Assembly: GCA_016193315.1 (NCBI GenBank)
Contig: JACPSJ010000001.1
Coordinates: 406,723 to 470,722 of the forward strand
Direction of reading: 5' to 3'
Length of the DNA: 64,000 nt
Origin: Candidatus Kerfeldbacteria bacterium
GTDB lineage: Bacteria; Patescibacteriota; Patescibacteriia; SBBC01; CAIJZX01
This document shows positions 37,518 through 47,638 of the stretch, piece by piece. How positions within the stretch are numbered: position 1 is the first letter of the stretch; each line of letters starts with the position of its first letter. A model generated the notes under the pieces. It was not told the origin of the DNA, did no database searches, and worked only from the letters and a program-made list of their open reading frames with translations. Both the position numbers and the translations under genes were made by a program.

Positions 37518-38938
37518 TCTGGCATTGACTGAACTGGCAGCAATCGATTTTTCATTTGCCGAAATAACTGGCGATATAGGTGGAAATCGCTCGAGCGGAT
37601 GACTAACAAATCTCGCAGGCGATTCCCGGACAGACGGGCGTACGCCCGAGCCCGGAATAGGAACAGCAACGAGTAGGAAATAGTCGAGGCCGCAGCCGCG
37701 CCAGCCATGCCGTAGAAGGGAATAAAAATCAGATTGAGCACGATATTCATCACTACCGAAATGCTGTTTACCCTAGTATTAACCATCGGCAAGCCGCGAG
37801 CCGTGATGTCGTTGGCCAAGATTCTCGCCCCACTAACGAAAATTGTACCGAGCAGTAAAATATTGAATGGCAGAAGCACCGGCAAAAATCGGCTCGAGTA
37901 AAACCAGGTAATGAACCACTTTGAGAGCAGAGCCAAAATCCCGGCTCCGACGATGGTCAACCACATGATGTTGCGGGTCAATACCGGCGTCAGCCGGCGT
38001 CGTTGTGCTTCATCAACTTCGGCCGACATCCGGCTGTAGTGAATGACGCTGACCGATTCCGATAGTAACCACAACCGTTCGGTCAGGCCCGTGGCCACGG
38101 CGTAAAACCCGACCGTGGCCGGATTGGTCATGACGGCCAGGATCAACTGGTCAATTCGGAGGTGGAGAAAGGCGACGACGTTACTCAGCTGCGCCCGAAC
38201 CCCGAAGCTCAGTGATTCTTTGACATAGCCGCGGTCGAGTAGAAAAGAATACTGTCCCACAATTTTTTTTGTCGCCACACTCAAGATGACGCTGTTGATA
38301 AACGTCGAGCCAAAAAAACTAACCATCGCGGCCGGCAGCGTTAACGACCGGGTAAGAAATAACCCGCCCAGGATGGTGAATTGTACGAACACCTGGACGG
38401 AGGTCAGACCGTTGTAGAGACTAAATCGTTGGAGGCCCTGAGCAATGGCCACTTCATTGCTGTTGTAGAGCATGAACGGCAAGGCGGCAACCACGGCTAC
38501 AAAGGAGTAGATCGGCACATCCAAAAAAAACCGCTGGCGGAAAGCCAAGAACATCAGCATCGTCATGATTATGCCGATGGCCCCGAGGCCGAGGTTAAGC
38601 ATAATATTATTACCGGCGATCAGGCCGGGGGCGTATTTTTTTTTACCGAGGAGGTAGACAGTGGCCGAACTGAGGCCCGCCCCGACGAACAAAATAGCCA
38701 GCGACGGTACCAAGGTGGCTAAGGCGTAGATGCCCCGATCGTTCGGCCCCAATTCTCGAGCCAGGAGGATGGAGATGACCAGGCCGAAGAGGATATTGCC
38801 GACTCGAGTCATCAGAGTCAACGCGGTGTTCCGAACAAACGAGTGCGACATGTTCAGGAGCTCAATGGTACATTCTTTTTTACTGACTGACAAGTCTTTA
38901 GGAATCCAACGAAACCTGGTACTATGATATCCAGACAT
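37514..38938 (-). CDS. Polysaccharide biosynthesis flippase (Wzx-like, MOP superfamily)
   Basis: 474 aa with about 12 TM helices. The N-terminal FVRNTALTLMTRVGNILFGLVISILLAR pattern is typical of Wzx. Confidence 0.7.
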   Translation of the reverse strand: MSGYHSTRFRWIPKDLSVSKKECTIELLNMSHSFVRNTALTLMTRVGNILFGLVISILLARELGPNDRGIYALATLVPSLAILFVGAGLSSATVYLLGKKKYAPGLIAGNNIMLNLGLGAIGIIMTMLMFLAFRQRFFLDVPIYSFVAVVAALPFMLYNSNEVAIAQGLQRFSLYNGLTSVQVFVQFTILGGLFLTRSLTLPAAMVSFFGSTFINSVILSVATKKIVGQYSFLLDRGYVKESLSFGVRAQLSNVVAFLHLRIDQLILAVMTNPATVGFYAVATGLTERLWLLSESVSVIHYSRMSAEVDEAQRRRLTPVLTRNIMWLTIVGAGILALLSKWFITWFYSSRFLPVLLPFNILLLGTIFVSGARILANDITARGLPMVNTRVNSISVVMNIVLNLIFIPFYGMAGAAAASTISYSLLFLFRARAYARLSGNRLRDLLVIRSSDFHLYRQLFRQMKNRLLPVQSMPE

Positions 38939-39011
38939 GATTATCCGCCAGAAGTAAACTTCTCCTTATGATCTCGACGCTCAAACGCGACCTGCATATT
39001 CAAGATGTTTC

Positions 39012-40964
39012 TTGCCTAGGGCTATGGTTGGTGGTTCAGGGCCAGTGACCGCGGAGTTCGGTTGGGAGCAGCTGCTTCGTTGTCCCACGTGCGGTCAGGA
39101 GATCAGCCTTGGGGCGGACGATTGGCACTGTCCGAAAGGACACCGCGGCCGGATTGACCAGGCCGGCATCGTTCATTTTTCTGAACGCGATTATTATTAC
39201 CGCGAAGTTCCACGATCATTTTTTTCTGGCCTGCGGGTAACTGACTCACCTGAAGTTGGTCGACAAGCAGGACGTGAGGCAATCGCCGCCCTAGAACCGG
39301 CTGCGCGCGACAAACTTATTTCCTACGCCTTCGATCCTCGGCGCGGTGGCGTAGCCATTCTCGGCCGGACGGGCCCGGGTACGACGGTCTTGGATTTCGG
39401 CAGCGGTTGGGGCAATCTGACCGCCGTGGCCGCGCGTTTCGGAGCTCGTGTGGTCAGCGCAGACATGACCTATGAAAGTTTGTTGTATGACAGTCTGCAC
39501 AACAACACTAAAAACGTTTTGCGGATTCGAGCTGGTCAGCACCAAACGTTGCCGTTCGGCGACGCAGTCTTCGACACGATTTTTTTGAATGGCGTGCTAG
39601 AATGGTTGCCAGAAGGCTATCGGCTCAACCAAGATCCGAAAACCGTGCAAATTACCTATCTGCAGGAGTTCCGGCGCCTGTTGGCTCCCGGCGGGATCCT
39701 GGTCGTAGCGATCGAAAACCGTCACTCCTTCGCTTACTGGTTGGGTCGCCGGGAGGATCACACTGGCTTACGCTATGGCGCACTGCTGCCACGGTGGTCA
39801 GCGAATCTATACTCTCGGCTCGTTCGCCGACGTCCATACCGAACATATACGTATACTCAATCAGGGTATCGATTATTGTTTCAAGCCGGCGGCTTTGCTG
39901 ATCCTGTATTTCATATACCGCTGCCCCGGTACCGGTACTGGAATCGAATCATTCCAGAAAAAAAACTTTCAACCGCGAGGCTTTTTCAAAGCGGAGGGCA
40001 ACCGGGAGCGAAGAACTGGGTTGCCAGAACGATGATTCGCCAGCTGCAAGGCCGTGGCTGGCTCAAGCATTTCGTTCAAGACTATATTATCGCTACTTCC
40101 AAGCTCGAAGCTCCTCAATCGTCCCTACTCGACAGTACGTTAGCATCAATCATGAAATCAGCAGGCGAGCGCTTGGACGACGTTGATGAGCTGAGAGTTT
40201 CTTCAACTCAGACGCTCCATTTCTCCGGCCATCGGTGGTTTTACAAAGTCCCCCTCACAGACGCAGCCGCTGAACGCTTGCGGCGAGAGATCGATGCGCT
40301 AGTGACACTACGTGACTCAGATTTACAAAACCTGATCGTGCCCGAAGCGCAATGGGAAACGGGTCCGGACCGGGCGGTCTATACGAAACTGGTGGGGCGG
40401 TCTCCGCAGCGGCAAGCGGCGGTTGATGAGCAGTTAGTGGCGGATGTTTTACGACGACTCAGTCGCAGTGACCGTCTCGTACCACTGGGCGAGACCGATG
40501 CTTATCGCCGTTGGGTGACAGCCTTGCAGCAGAACCAGATGCCCGATTGGATCAATGCTCAAAGAGTTTTGAAACAACTTGAAACTTGGCAGGGCCAGGA
40601 AGTACGGGCCGGAATCGTGCACGGTGATTTTGTGTGGCAAAACATTATTATTCAACCTGGCGGCCAGGTGACGGTTGTGGATTGGGATCGTTATGAACCG
40701 CAATCTCCTCGCTTTCTTGATAGCCGAGCGTCCAGTATCGAAAAGCATGACGTCGGCGCCGACAGAATGTCAGCGCCAAAATTTTCTTCTTTGCCGACGA
40801 AAGTCGAGTATCTATTTTTTCTCTTCGACCGCATCGTGAAGGACGTTTCTGCCTATGCCCATCCGATATACATGGCACATGTCTGGCATAAAAAAAGAAA
40901 AACCGAATGGGATAGGGCCTGGAATGAAGTCCAAAAAAACCAGCGACCGAAGCCGCTGGGTTAA
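39012..40964 (+). CDS. Tri-domain fusion: N-terminal zinc ribbon, class I SAM methyltransferase, and a C-terminal APH/ChoK-like kinase domain
   Basis: CPTCGQEI…CPKGH zinc ribbon; VLDFGSGWGNLTAVAARFGARVVSADMT is MTase motif I; HGDFVWQNIII…VVDWDRYE is the Brenner motif (HGDxxxxN…D) of aminoglycoside/choline-kinase-like phosphotransferases. Confidence 0.6.
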   Translation: MPRAMVGGSGPVTAEFGWEQLLRCPTCGQEISLGADDWHCPKGHRGRIDQAGIVHFSERDYYYREVPRSFFSGLRVTDSPEVGRQAGREAIAALEPAARDKLISYAFDPRRGGVAILGRTGPGTTVLDFGSGWGNLTAVAARFGARVVSADMTYESLLYDSLHNNTKNVLRIRAGQHQTLPFGDAVFDTIFLNGVLEWLPEGYRLNQDPKTVQITYLQEFRRLLAPGGILVVAIENRHSFAYWLGRREDHTGLRYGALLPRWSANLYSRLVRRRPYRTYTYTQSGYRLLFQAGGFADPVFHIPLPRYRYWNRIIPEKKLSTARLFQSGGQPGAKNWVARTMIRQLQGRGWLKHFVQDYIIATSKLEAPQSSLLDSTLASIMKSAGERLDDVDELRVSSTQTLHFSGHRWFYKVPLTDAAAERLRREIDALVTLRDSDLQNLIVPEAQWETGPDRAVYTKLVGRSPQRQAAVDEQLVADVLRRLSRSDRLVPLGETDAYRRWVTALQQNQMPDWINAQRVLKQLETWQGQEVRAGIVHGDFVWQNIIIQPGGQVTVVDWDRYEPQSPRFLDSRASSIEKHDVGADRMSAPKFSSLPTKVEYLFFLFDRIVKDVSAYAHPIYMAHVWHKKRKTEWDRAWNEVQKNQRPKPLG

Positions 40965-41848
40965 GGGTGCAGGGAGGCGATTTTGTTCGCCAGTCGGATG
41001 GAGGCCCGACACTCCTCGAGTCCGAATCCTTGTCCGGCCAGAATCCGCCGGTAGACCTCGGCGTGGAGATCTTCGAATCCGTCGGTGAATTCGACGGACT
41101 GGTCGTCAACCAGCATGGTTCGCTGGCGATCACCAAGCGCGATCGACAGGTGCCAATCGACGGATGCCCGCTCCAGTATGAGAGTTCCCTCCACGGTCTC
41201 CCGGTTGGATTCCCTGACTTCGACGTGCTGTGCCGGACCGAAGACCCAGGTCAGCATGTCGAAAAAGTGGACGCCGATGTTCATGGCCAGGCCGCCGGAC
41301 TTCTCCGAATCGCCTTTCCACGAGTAGTGGTACCATGTTCCGCGAGGCGTGTGGTACGTCAGCTGAACATGGTGGTGTCCCAACCCGACATTGGTCTTGA
41401 GCTTCTGGACGGCCGGATGCAACCGCAGCTGCAAGACTGCCCACACCCGGTGGTTGAACTCCGCTTCGAACTCCTGGAGAGCGTCGAGGTTATGCGGCTT
41501 GATGACCACCGGCTTTTCGCAGATGGCGTCGGCATGAAGGCGCAGGGCCAACCGGATATGGGCATCGTGTAGGTAATTCGGACTGCAGATGACCACGTAG
41601 TCGACGCCCTCGCCCTTGCGGCGGAGCCTTTCGAGGTGTCGGTCGAACCGCTCAACCTCAGTGAAAAAGCTCGCTTTCGGGAAGTACCGGTCGATCTTGC
41701 CGACCGAATCGTTCGGGTCCGCGGCCGCGACGAGCTCGCCGCCGACGGATTGGATGGCCCGTAAGTGCCGTTCGGCGATGTAACCGGCCAGGCCGAGCAA
41801 GGCGAAGCGGCGGGGTGTGTTCGTGGGTCGGATCCGTTGCTCGCCCAT
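40961..41848 (-). CDS. Gfo/Idh/MocA-family NAD(P)-dependent oxidoreductase
   Basis: FALLGLAGYIAERHLRAI is the Rossmann N-terminus. ATG at 41848 is preceded by a perfect AAAGGAGG Shine-Dalgarno sequence 6 nt upstream. Confidence 0.75.
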   Translation of the reverse strand: MGEQRIRPTNTPRRFALLGLAGYIAERHLRAIQSVGGELVAAADPNDSVGKIDRYFPKASFFTEVERFDRHLERLRRKGEGVDYVVICSPNYLHDAHIRLALRLHADAICEKPVVIKPHNLDALQEFEAEFNHRVWAVLQLRLHPAVQKLKTNVGLGHHHVQLTYHTPRGTWYHYSWKGDSEKSGGLAMNIGVHFFDMLTWVFGPAQHVEVRESNRETVEGTLILERASVDWHLSIALGDRQRTMLVDDQSVEFTDGFEDLHAEVYRRILAGQGFGLEECRASIRLANKIASLHP

Positions 41849-41994
41849 CGTTCCTCCTTTCAGGTGCAACGTGTGCGTGGCTGGTTCGAAACTCGAAAGA
41901 ACTCCCTAATTTATTACCATGGACCGGCCGAATAGTCCAGTAGGGTCAGTTGGCGAACGGTCCGTTTTTTGCTACCCTAAAGCCCAGAAACGTC

Positions 41995-43542
41995 ATGGCT
42001 CATCTGCACCTCCCATCCCGTCGCGTCGTCCGGGCGATTAAGATTCTTATCGTTCTGGCGCCGGTTGTCCTCCTAGCCTGGCTGGTGAATCAGCGGTTTG
42101 TCTTGACTCCGACCGTCACGTTTAGTTACCGGCCCGGTACGAAGCCAGGCGCAGTCCAACCAGAGACGGGCAAGATTATCCGCAGCTACCGTTCAGCCTG
42201 GCGGGTTGACGACGATGTGGTGAAGGTCAAGGTTCGGATTCCGCGCGTCGTCGAAAGCGTCCGCTTCAAAGCTACGCTCTTGAACCGCAACCAGCCTGTT
42301 ATCCGGTTAGTCGCTGCGGGCCTGCCCGAATTTGGCGATCAGGTCCGGTTGATCCGCCATCGGACGCTCGACGAACTGGATTGGCCGCGCTTGCAAAACG
42401 ACCATCTGAATCTTTGGCAGCGTCCGAGCCGGCTGGTCACGCAGCCGGCGGTCGGACCGGACGGTCTGGCTACCACGACCTCCTTTGAGCAACCGGTCAG
42501 GCAGTACGCCGGCTTGGATGAGTTCTTTTCAAATTTACCACCGGTCGAAAGTTTCGCCACCGTGGATTTGGATCCGTTGCTGTTCGTCAGCGTCGCGAAC
42601 TACCAACCGTCCGCACAGCCGACGACGATTGCCCATGCTTTCCGGGGCAAACACACGCTGTACGTGTATGCGGCGGACGAAGATATTCGGTTGTCCTTCG
42701 AGAAAATCGATCTCAATCGCGACCGCCAACCCGATCCCTTAACGGTGACCGTTCGTAAACTGAGCCTGAATCCGATGGAGACGACGCTGTTGTTCCGGGC
42801 CGTTGTTCCAGACGACGGTAGTCAGTTAGACCAGAATCTCCATGGTCCGCCTCAGCCGGTCGACGTGATGGTCCCAAACGTCGTGGCCGGGCTCTACAGG
42901 ATCGACGTGGGGACGAGCGAAGACGTGATCTTCCGGAACCTGGTGAGTTACCAGCGGTACCTGGCTTTTCAAGACGCCATCTTCCTGGCGGACGGTCCGA
43001 CCTACACCGGTTCGGCGCCACCCTTTCGTCCACTCCAGATTCGGACGCACAGTCCGCGGGTATCCTTCCGCACGAAACATGACGAAGGCCGACAGCGGAT
43101 CTATTCCGGTCAGCAGACAGTCTTCCTCGATCAGGCCGGGTCACAGGTCCAGCTGAACAGTCTGCCCTCGGGAGCCACCATTGATTTGGAGAAGGGAGAC
43201 GTATTGATTGCCGGCCAGGGATTCATCACCATCGCCCCGGCCGTGTTACCGAGTCAGCCCCCGCGGGGACCGATCAGCGTTGGCAGCAAGAGTCTGGAGT
43301 CGATCGATTATCTGGTCGGCCGCTACAAACCACAATCGACCTTTGGTCGCGTAGTGATTGACGAATCCTATCGATTGTCACGTTTGCTATTGACGACCAA
43401 CGACCTACATTTTCAGCTTGAATTCCCAGGATTACGCGACAAACGGCGGGTGGTCGAACCGAGGCGCGTCTCTGCCCAGCTCGTTCGCGGGTCGTTTCCG
43501 TGGGGTAAGATCGTGAGGAGGATCGAAGGTCTCTTACCGTAG
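41995..43542 (+). CDS. Hypothetical large extracytoplasmic protein with an N-terminal TM anchor
   Basis: About 515 aa. ATG at 41995 was chosen over the TTG at 41950. Confidence 0.4.
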   Translation: MAHLHLPSRRVVRAIKILIVLAPVVLLAWLVNQRFVLTPTVTFSYRPGTKPGAVQPETGKIIRSYRSAWRVDDDVVKVKVRIPRVVESVRFKATLLNRNQPVIRLVAAGLPEFGDQVRLIRHRTLDELDWPRLQNDHLNLWQRPSRLVTQPAVGPDGLATTTSFEQPVRQYAGLDEFFSNLPPVESFATVDLDPLLFVSVANYQPSAQPTTIAHAFRGKHTLYVYAADEDIRLSFEKIDLNRDRQPDPLTVTVRKLSLNPMETTLLFRAVVPDDGSQLDQNLHGPPQPVDVMVPNVVAGLYRIDVGTSEDVIFRNLVSYQRYLAFQDAIFLADGPTYTGSAPPFRPLQIRTHSPRVSFRTKHDEGRQRIYSGQQTVFLDQAGSQVQLNSLPSGATIDLEKGDVLIAGQGFITIAPAVLPSQPPRGPISVGSKSLESIDYLVGRYKPQSTFGRVVIDESYRLSRLLLTTNDLHFQLEFPGLRDKRRVVEPRRVSAQLVRGSFPWGKIVRRIEGLLP

Positions 43543-43549
43543 ACAAACT

Positions 43550-43966
43550 ATGTTTTTGCGATGGCATAACGTTTGGGGGCCGACGCTGCGTGAATTAAAT
43601 CGCTGGATTTATGTGGTCTCAGTCACACTCTATCTCGGTCTGTTCTTGGTCGAAGACTTGGAGCCGGGGTTCGTCAGCTTGCACTTTAAGCTCAATCTCC
43701 CGCTGTGGATCGCGATGCTGAGCGGAGCGGTGTTGATTTTCGCCGCCGAGCAACACCGACCGCAGGAACGGACCCGATCGAAGTGGAGATGGGTCTGGTC
43801 GGCTGTCGTCGCCATCGGCAGCGGGCTGCTGGTGTGGTTTCGGATTCGACACCTGGGCGGCCTGGCCATCATAATCTCGATCCTCGCGACGTTGGTGGTG
43901 ATCGCGCTGGCCGCGGCGCTCGACGCGGACCGTGACCAACATGAACCAACCAGGTCGAGCGGCTGA
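43550..43966 (+). CDS. Small membrane protein (4 TM helices)
   Basis: 138 aa, hydrophobic. Co-directional operon context. Confidence 0.4.
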   Translation: MFLRWHNVWGPTLRELNRWIYVVSVTLYLGLFLVEDLEPGFVSLHFKLNLPLWIAMLSGAVLIFAAEQHRPQERTRSKWRWVWSAVVAIGSGLLVWFRIRHLGGLAIIISILATLVVIALAAALDADRDQHEPTRSSG

Positions 43967-45530
43967 CAAGATATTTGGACTAGCGGCCATTGGGTTAGCG
44001 GTCTTGTGGATGGCTGCTGCGGCCTGGGTCGTGTTTGGTACGAAGACGTACGGATCACCGGACGAAGCGGCGAACGCTTTTTTTATCCGACAGCTTGCGA
44101 CCGCGGGCACATTATCGGCAGACAGCAGCCAGCTGCCGGCCGGGAGCGGAGAGCAGTCGACATCCGCTCAGCTGGCCTATTGGCATCCGCGGAGCATGCA
44201 GGTTGACGGCCAGAAGCTCAAGCCGGGAAGCTTCTTGGGACTAGTGCTAGTCGGCGGCACGCTTGATTTTTTGACCTTTAACGGTGCCCACCGGCTTTTA
44301 ACGCCGTCATTGGCCTTGGTTGGGCTGTGGGCGCTCTACCTCATTCTCCGGCGGTTTTGGAACCAATGGTGGGCTCTGCTCGGCAGTAGCCTGGTGGCGC
44401 TCCATCCAGTGTGGTGGCAATTCCAAACCCGGCCATGGTTCCACAACGGTGCCTTTGCCTCGCTCCTGGTTATGGCCGGCTGGCGTCTCCTCCGGCTGTG
44501 GGAGGAGGGGACGGCCAGGAATGCAGCGTGGTTTGGGCTGGCTTTTGGTGCGGCTCTGTTTTTTCGCCCGGTTGAAGTGATTTGGGCTGGTCCACTGGTA
44601 GCCATTGTGTTGCTGGCCCAGCGACAATGGCGGAATCTAGTCATCGCCGCGACCATCACGCTGTTCGTTCAACTGCCGTGGCTGATATCCGGCTGGCAAC
44701 TCTACGGTCCGTCGCTCGGAGCGGGTTACTCAGCCGCCCAGCTGGATACTGAACCGGTCAGTGTTGGCGACGCTTTCTCGCCGCTGCCTGGGGTCTTCGT
44801 CCCGCCTGGTGGCTGGTCATGGAACTGGATGCAGAGTGCCTGGTGGTATTTGGTGATGATGGTTCCAGTCTGGTCGGCGGCCACCGCCGTGGCCCTGATG
44901 TTCTACTTTCTCCGGCTGCGAACGCAGCGGCTGAAGATGCTGAAAATCATCCTGGTTGGGATCATCCTGGCTTACTTCCTGAGCTATTACGGCAGCTGGG
45001 ACTTGTATCCGTTGGAACCGCCAACGCGCGTCGGTTCGCTTGCGTCGTATGCCCGCTACTGGCTGCCACTGTACGTGGCCATGGTCGTCGGGGTGTTATG
45101 GGTTTTGAAACGTCTCCGCCGCTTTCGTCTCATCTTGGCCGCGTCTATCATCGCCTTGCTGACCAGTCAGACTGTCGCCATTCTCTTCCATCCAACGTCA
45201 GGGTTGGTACGGCGACTCAAGAGCGAGGCCCTGGCCACCACCAAGCGTCAGACGATATTGGATCACACCCCGGCCGACGCCGCCATCGTGGCCGGTCATT
45301 TTGACAAACTGCTGTGGCCGGAGCGAATCGTTTCGTTCCGGCTGCCCCGGACGCCCGATGAATGGGATGCTTTCCGTCAACTGGCCACCACCAGACCGAT
45401 CTTTCTTTACGTCACTCCGCGCCAGTATCGTCTGTCCGACCTGCAGCGCCAACTTGCGCCGCGGCAGATGTCGATCACCCGCGATCGAGTTATTGGGGGT
45501 GATGAACTGTGGCGGGTATCGATCCGATGA
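43941..45530 (+). CDS. Polytopic membrane protein, GT-C-like (ArnT/PMT-like) candidate
   Basis: About 530 aa with 12 or more TM helices, large loops, and a C-terminal soluble region. Confidence 0.35.
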   Translation: MNQPGRAADKIFGLAAIGLAVLWMAAAAWVVFGTKTYGSPDEAANAFFIRQLATAGTLSADSSQLPAGSGEQSTSAQLAYWHPRSMQVDGQKLKPGSFLGLVLVGGTLDFLTFNGAHRLLTPSLALVGLWALYLILRRFWNQWWALLGSSLVALHPVWWQFQTRPWFHNGAFASLLVMAGWRLLRLWEEGTARNAAWFGLAFGAALFFRPVEVIWAGPLVAIVLLAQRQWRNLVIAATITLFVQLPWLISGWQLYGPSLGAGYSAAQLDTEPVSVGDAFSPLPGVFVPPGGWSWNWMQSAWWYLVMMVPVWSAATAVALMFYFLRLRTQRLKMLKIILVGIILAYFLSYYGSWDLYPLEPPTRVGSLASYARYWLPLYVAMVVGVLWVLKRLRRFRLILAASIIALLTSQTVAILFHPTSGLVRRLKSEALATTKRQTILDHTPADAAIVAGHFDKLLWPERIVSFRLPRTPDEWDAFRQLATTRPIFLYVTPRQYRLSDLQRQLAPRQMSITRDRVIGGDELWRVSIR

Positions 45531-46006
45531 TGACGAAGTTGCCACGGATACTGTTGTGGCTGTCGTTGGCCTGGTGGGTGGGGATCGGCGCGGTGGTGGT
45601 TGATCACAATGCTGCCGTGCGCGGTTCCACCACCTTGCGCTGGAAGAATCCAACCCGACCCACGCCGCACTTTGCCTGGCACTCCCGGCCGACGGTCAAG
45701 CACGGGCTGGTCCAAATTCCACCCGCCACGCAACGCTCGTTTTCAGTTACTCTGCCACGCGGATTCAAAACCGGCCGGCTGGTCATTAGCGACTTCACGG
45801 CCGGCACGCCGCGGCAGGCTCGCCTCAATGGTCAGAGCCGCCGCGTGAACAACGTCATGGCCGAAGTCGATAATTCCTCGGGCGTCCTTGATTTTTCCTG
45901 GGCCCAGCTGGTCGCGCGCGGGCATTCATTCGAATTTACGATCACCAATCTCAATCAACAAGATTCGTTGCCGATTCGTTCAATCACCGTCTCCGCTCAA
46001 CGCTAA
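45527..46006 (+). CDS. Hypothetical membrane-anchored protein
   Basis: MMTKLPRILLWLSLAWWVGIGAVVV. ATGA overlap with the upstream stop. Confidence 0.35.
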   Translation: MMTKLPRILLWLSLAWWVGIGAVVVDHNAAVRGSTTLRWKNPTRPTPHFAWHSRPTVKHGLVQIPPATQRSFSVTLPRGFKTGRLVISDFTAGTPRQARLNGQSRRVNNVMAEVDNSSGVLDFSWAQLVARGHSFEFTITNLNQQDSLPIRSITVSAQR

Positions 46007-46010
46007 AGTC

Positions 46011-46193
46011 ATGTCCCGATTGGCCACCGCCATGATCATCGCCGTCCACTTGCTCGGCCTCGCGGCGGTGATGGTCTTAGAGACGATCCGCCCCGGGTTC
46101 GTGACCGGGGCAGTATCTTTGACCTGGGTTTGGCTTGGCAGCATAGTTGTGATGTCAGTCACCATTTGGCAACTCCACCGACGCGATCAATGA
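46011..46193 (+). CDS. Small 2-TM membrane protein (60 aa)
   Basis: MSRLATAMIIAVHLLGLAAVMVL…AVSLTWVWLGSIVVMSVTIW. Confidence 0.3.
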   Translation: MSRLATAMIIAVHLLGLAAVMVLETIRPGFVTGAVSLTWVWLGSIVVMSVTIWQLHRRDQ

Positions 46194-47555
46194 CGACCGT
46201 GCATGACCGGACTGATTCAACGTTCCCGGCGGTAACGGTTCGGTGGCCGAGTCGGCCGGGGCAGTCCACGACCAGAACTCGACTGAAGCTTGGTCCGTCC
46301 TAACTGCTAGGCGGCTTTGCTCAGTGTTGACCAGGAGGACTGACTGATTCGCCGCCAGCGAGGCGTGCCACAGAACCCCGCGCCCTTGTCGCTGACTGAC
46401 ACTCTTGATCATCACGGCTTGGTCGTCGACGGTCAGCAGGATGTGACCGGGGACAATCCACGACACCGAATGGTAGTCAGATGGGCCACGCTCGAGCAAA
46501 ATATTTTGCCCATCTTGACGGGTGTAAAGCTCAACGCCGGTCTGCCACAAGATTGACTCCTGCGCTAGCGTGGGGAAAATCTCATCAACTGGCCCCAACC
46601 CTTGTCGGTTGATAGTCCTGGTCAAGATACTGTACTGCAGTAATTCCGTTTGGCGCGTGGCAACTTCCTGAATGGTGAGACGTTCAGTGCTCGTCGGTTG
46701 CAGTTGCCATTGACCAGTCATGACTTCGATTAGCTCAGCTTGGCTAAGGGCCGCGGTCGGTCGACGGAAAAGTCGCGTCTGAGCATCAGCCGGTTGGGTA
46801 TACCACAGCTCATTGCCGACGGTGGCCAAACTATCAGCGGCATCGAGTTCAGTTTCCGTCTGAGTAAATGTGTCAAAGCGAATAATCCGATCAGCCCGTC
46901 GACCAAAAAAAATGTTTTCGCTCTCGGTAGTCCAGGCCAGATCATCAGCGGCTGGAGTGGTCCAGGGTGGGAGGTTTCGGTTAGTATTGATGATTATTTG
47001 TTGACCTTCTGACTGCACGATCAGGAGCTGCTGTCGCGGGCTGACGCTGATGGACGTCGGCTGGCCAGGGACGACCGCCGTCCAAGTCGGTGATTTTGGC
47101 CACAGCTGGGACAATCGCCAGCCCGGGGGCTCATCGCGAAGTCCAAAAATTACCCGCTGATCGCGATCGGTCACGATCTCACTCCATTCGCTGGCCGCCA
47201 GCGGCACCACCGCTGGATTGACCGGAAAGAGCACCACTGGGCCGATCACCTGGGCAATATTGGCATGAATCTCAATCTCTTGACGCCACTGTGAGAACCC
47301 GGCTCGCCGGAGTTCAATCAGGTATCGATCCGGCGGCAGTGACGACAATCGTCGCGGGGTAAAACCACGCTCCTGGCCATTGATCAAGACGTGGGCTCGC
47401 GGCTGGCTCTTGATGACGAGCACCCCCGTTTTTGCCAAGCCGTGTCGCCAGCCAGTCCAATGGTAGCCGGCGGTTGTAGCGACGACCCAGGGTGCGACAA
47501 TAACAAACACTAATGTGGCGACCGTGTACATCACCCGTCGCGCCCAGAGTGTCAT
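46155..47555 (-). CDS. Membrane-anchored protein with an N-proximal PEGA-like domain and a beta-rich C-terminal region
   Basis: …GVLVIKSQPRAHVLINGQERGFTPRRL…PDRYLIELRRAGFSQWRQEIEI is a PEGA-like pattern. Confidence 0.45.
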   Translation of the reverse strand: MTLWARRVMYTVATLVFVIVAPWVVATTAGYHWTGWRHGLAKTGVLVIKSQPRAHVLINGQERGFTPRRLSSLPPDRYLIELRRAGFSQWRQEIEIHANIAQVIGPVVLFPVNPAVVPLAASEWSEIVTDRDQRVIFGLRDEPPGWRLSQLWPKSPTWTAVVPGQPTSISVSPRQQLLIVQSEGQQIIINTNRNLPPWTTPAADDLAWTTESENIFFGRRADRIIRFDTFTQTETELDAADSLATVGNELWYTQPADAQTRLFRRPTAALSQAELIEVMTGQWQLQPTSTERLTIQEVATRQTELLQYSILTRTINRQGLGPVDEIFPTLAQESILWQTGVELYTRQDGQNILLERGPSDYHSVSWIVPGHILLTVDDQAVMIKSVSQRQGRGVLWHASLAANQSVLLVNTEQSRLAVRTDQASVEFWSWTAPADSATEPLPPGTLNQSGHARSSLIASVELPNGD

Positions 47556-47638
47556 AGCCGGTTGACGATCATGCTGCGGGTCGATAGAATATGGCGGCTT
47601 TGCACCACCATCCCAGCCAGTCTACCACCGTCATAACG

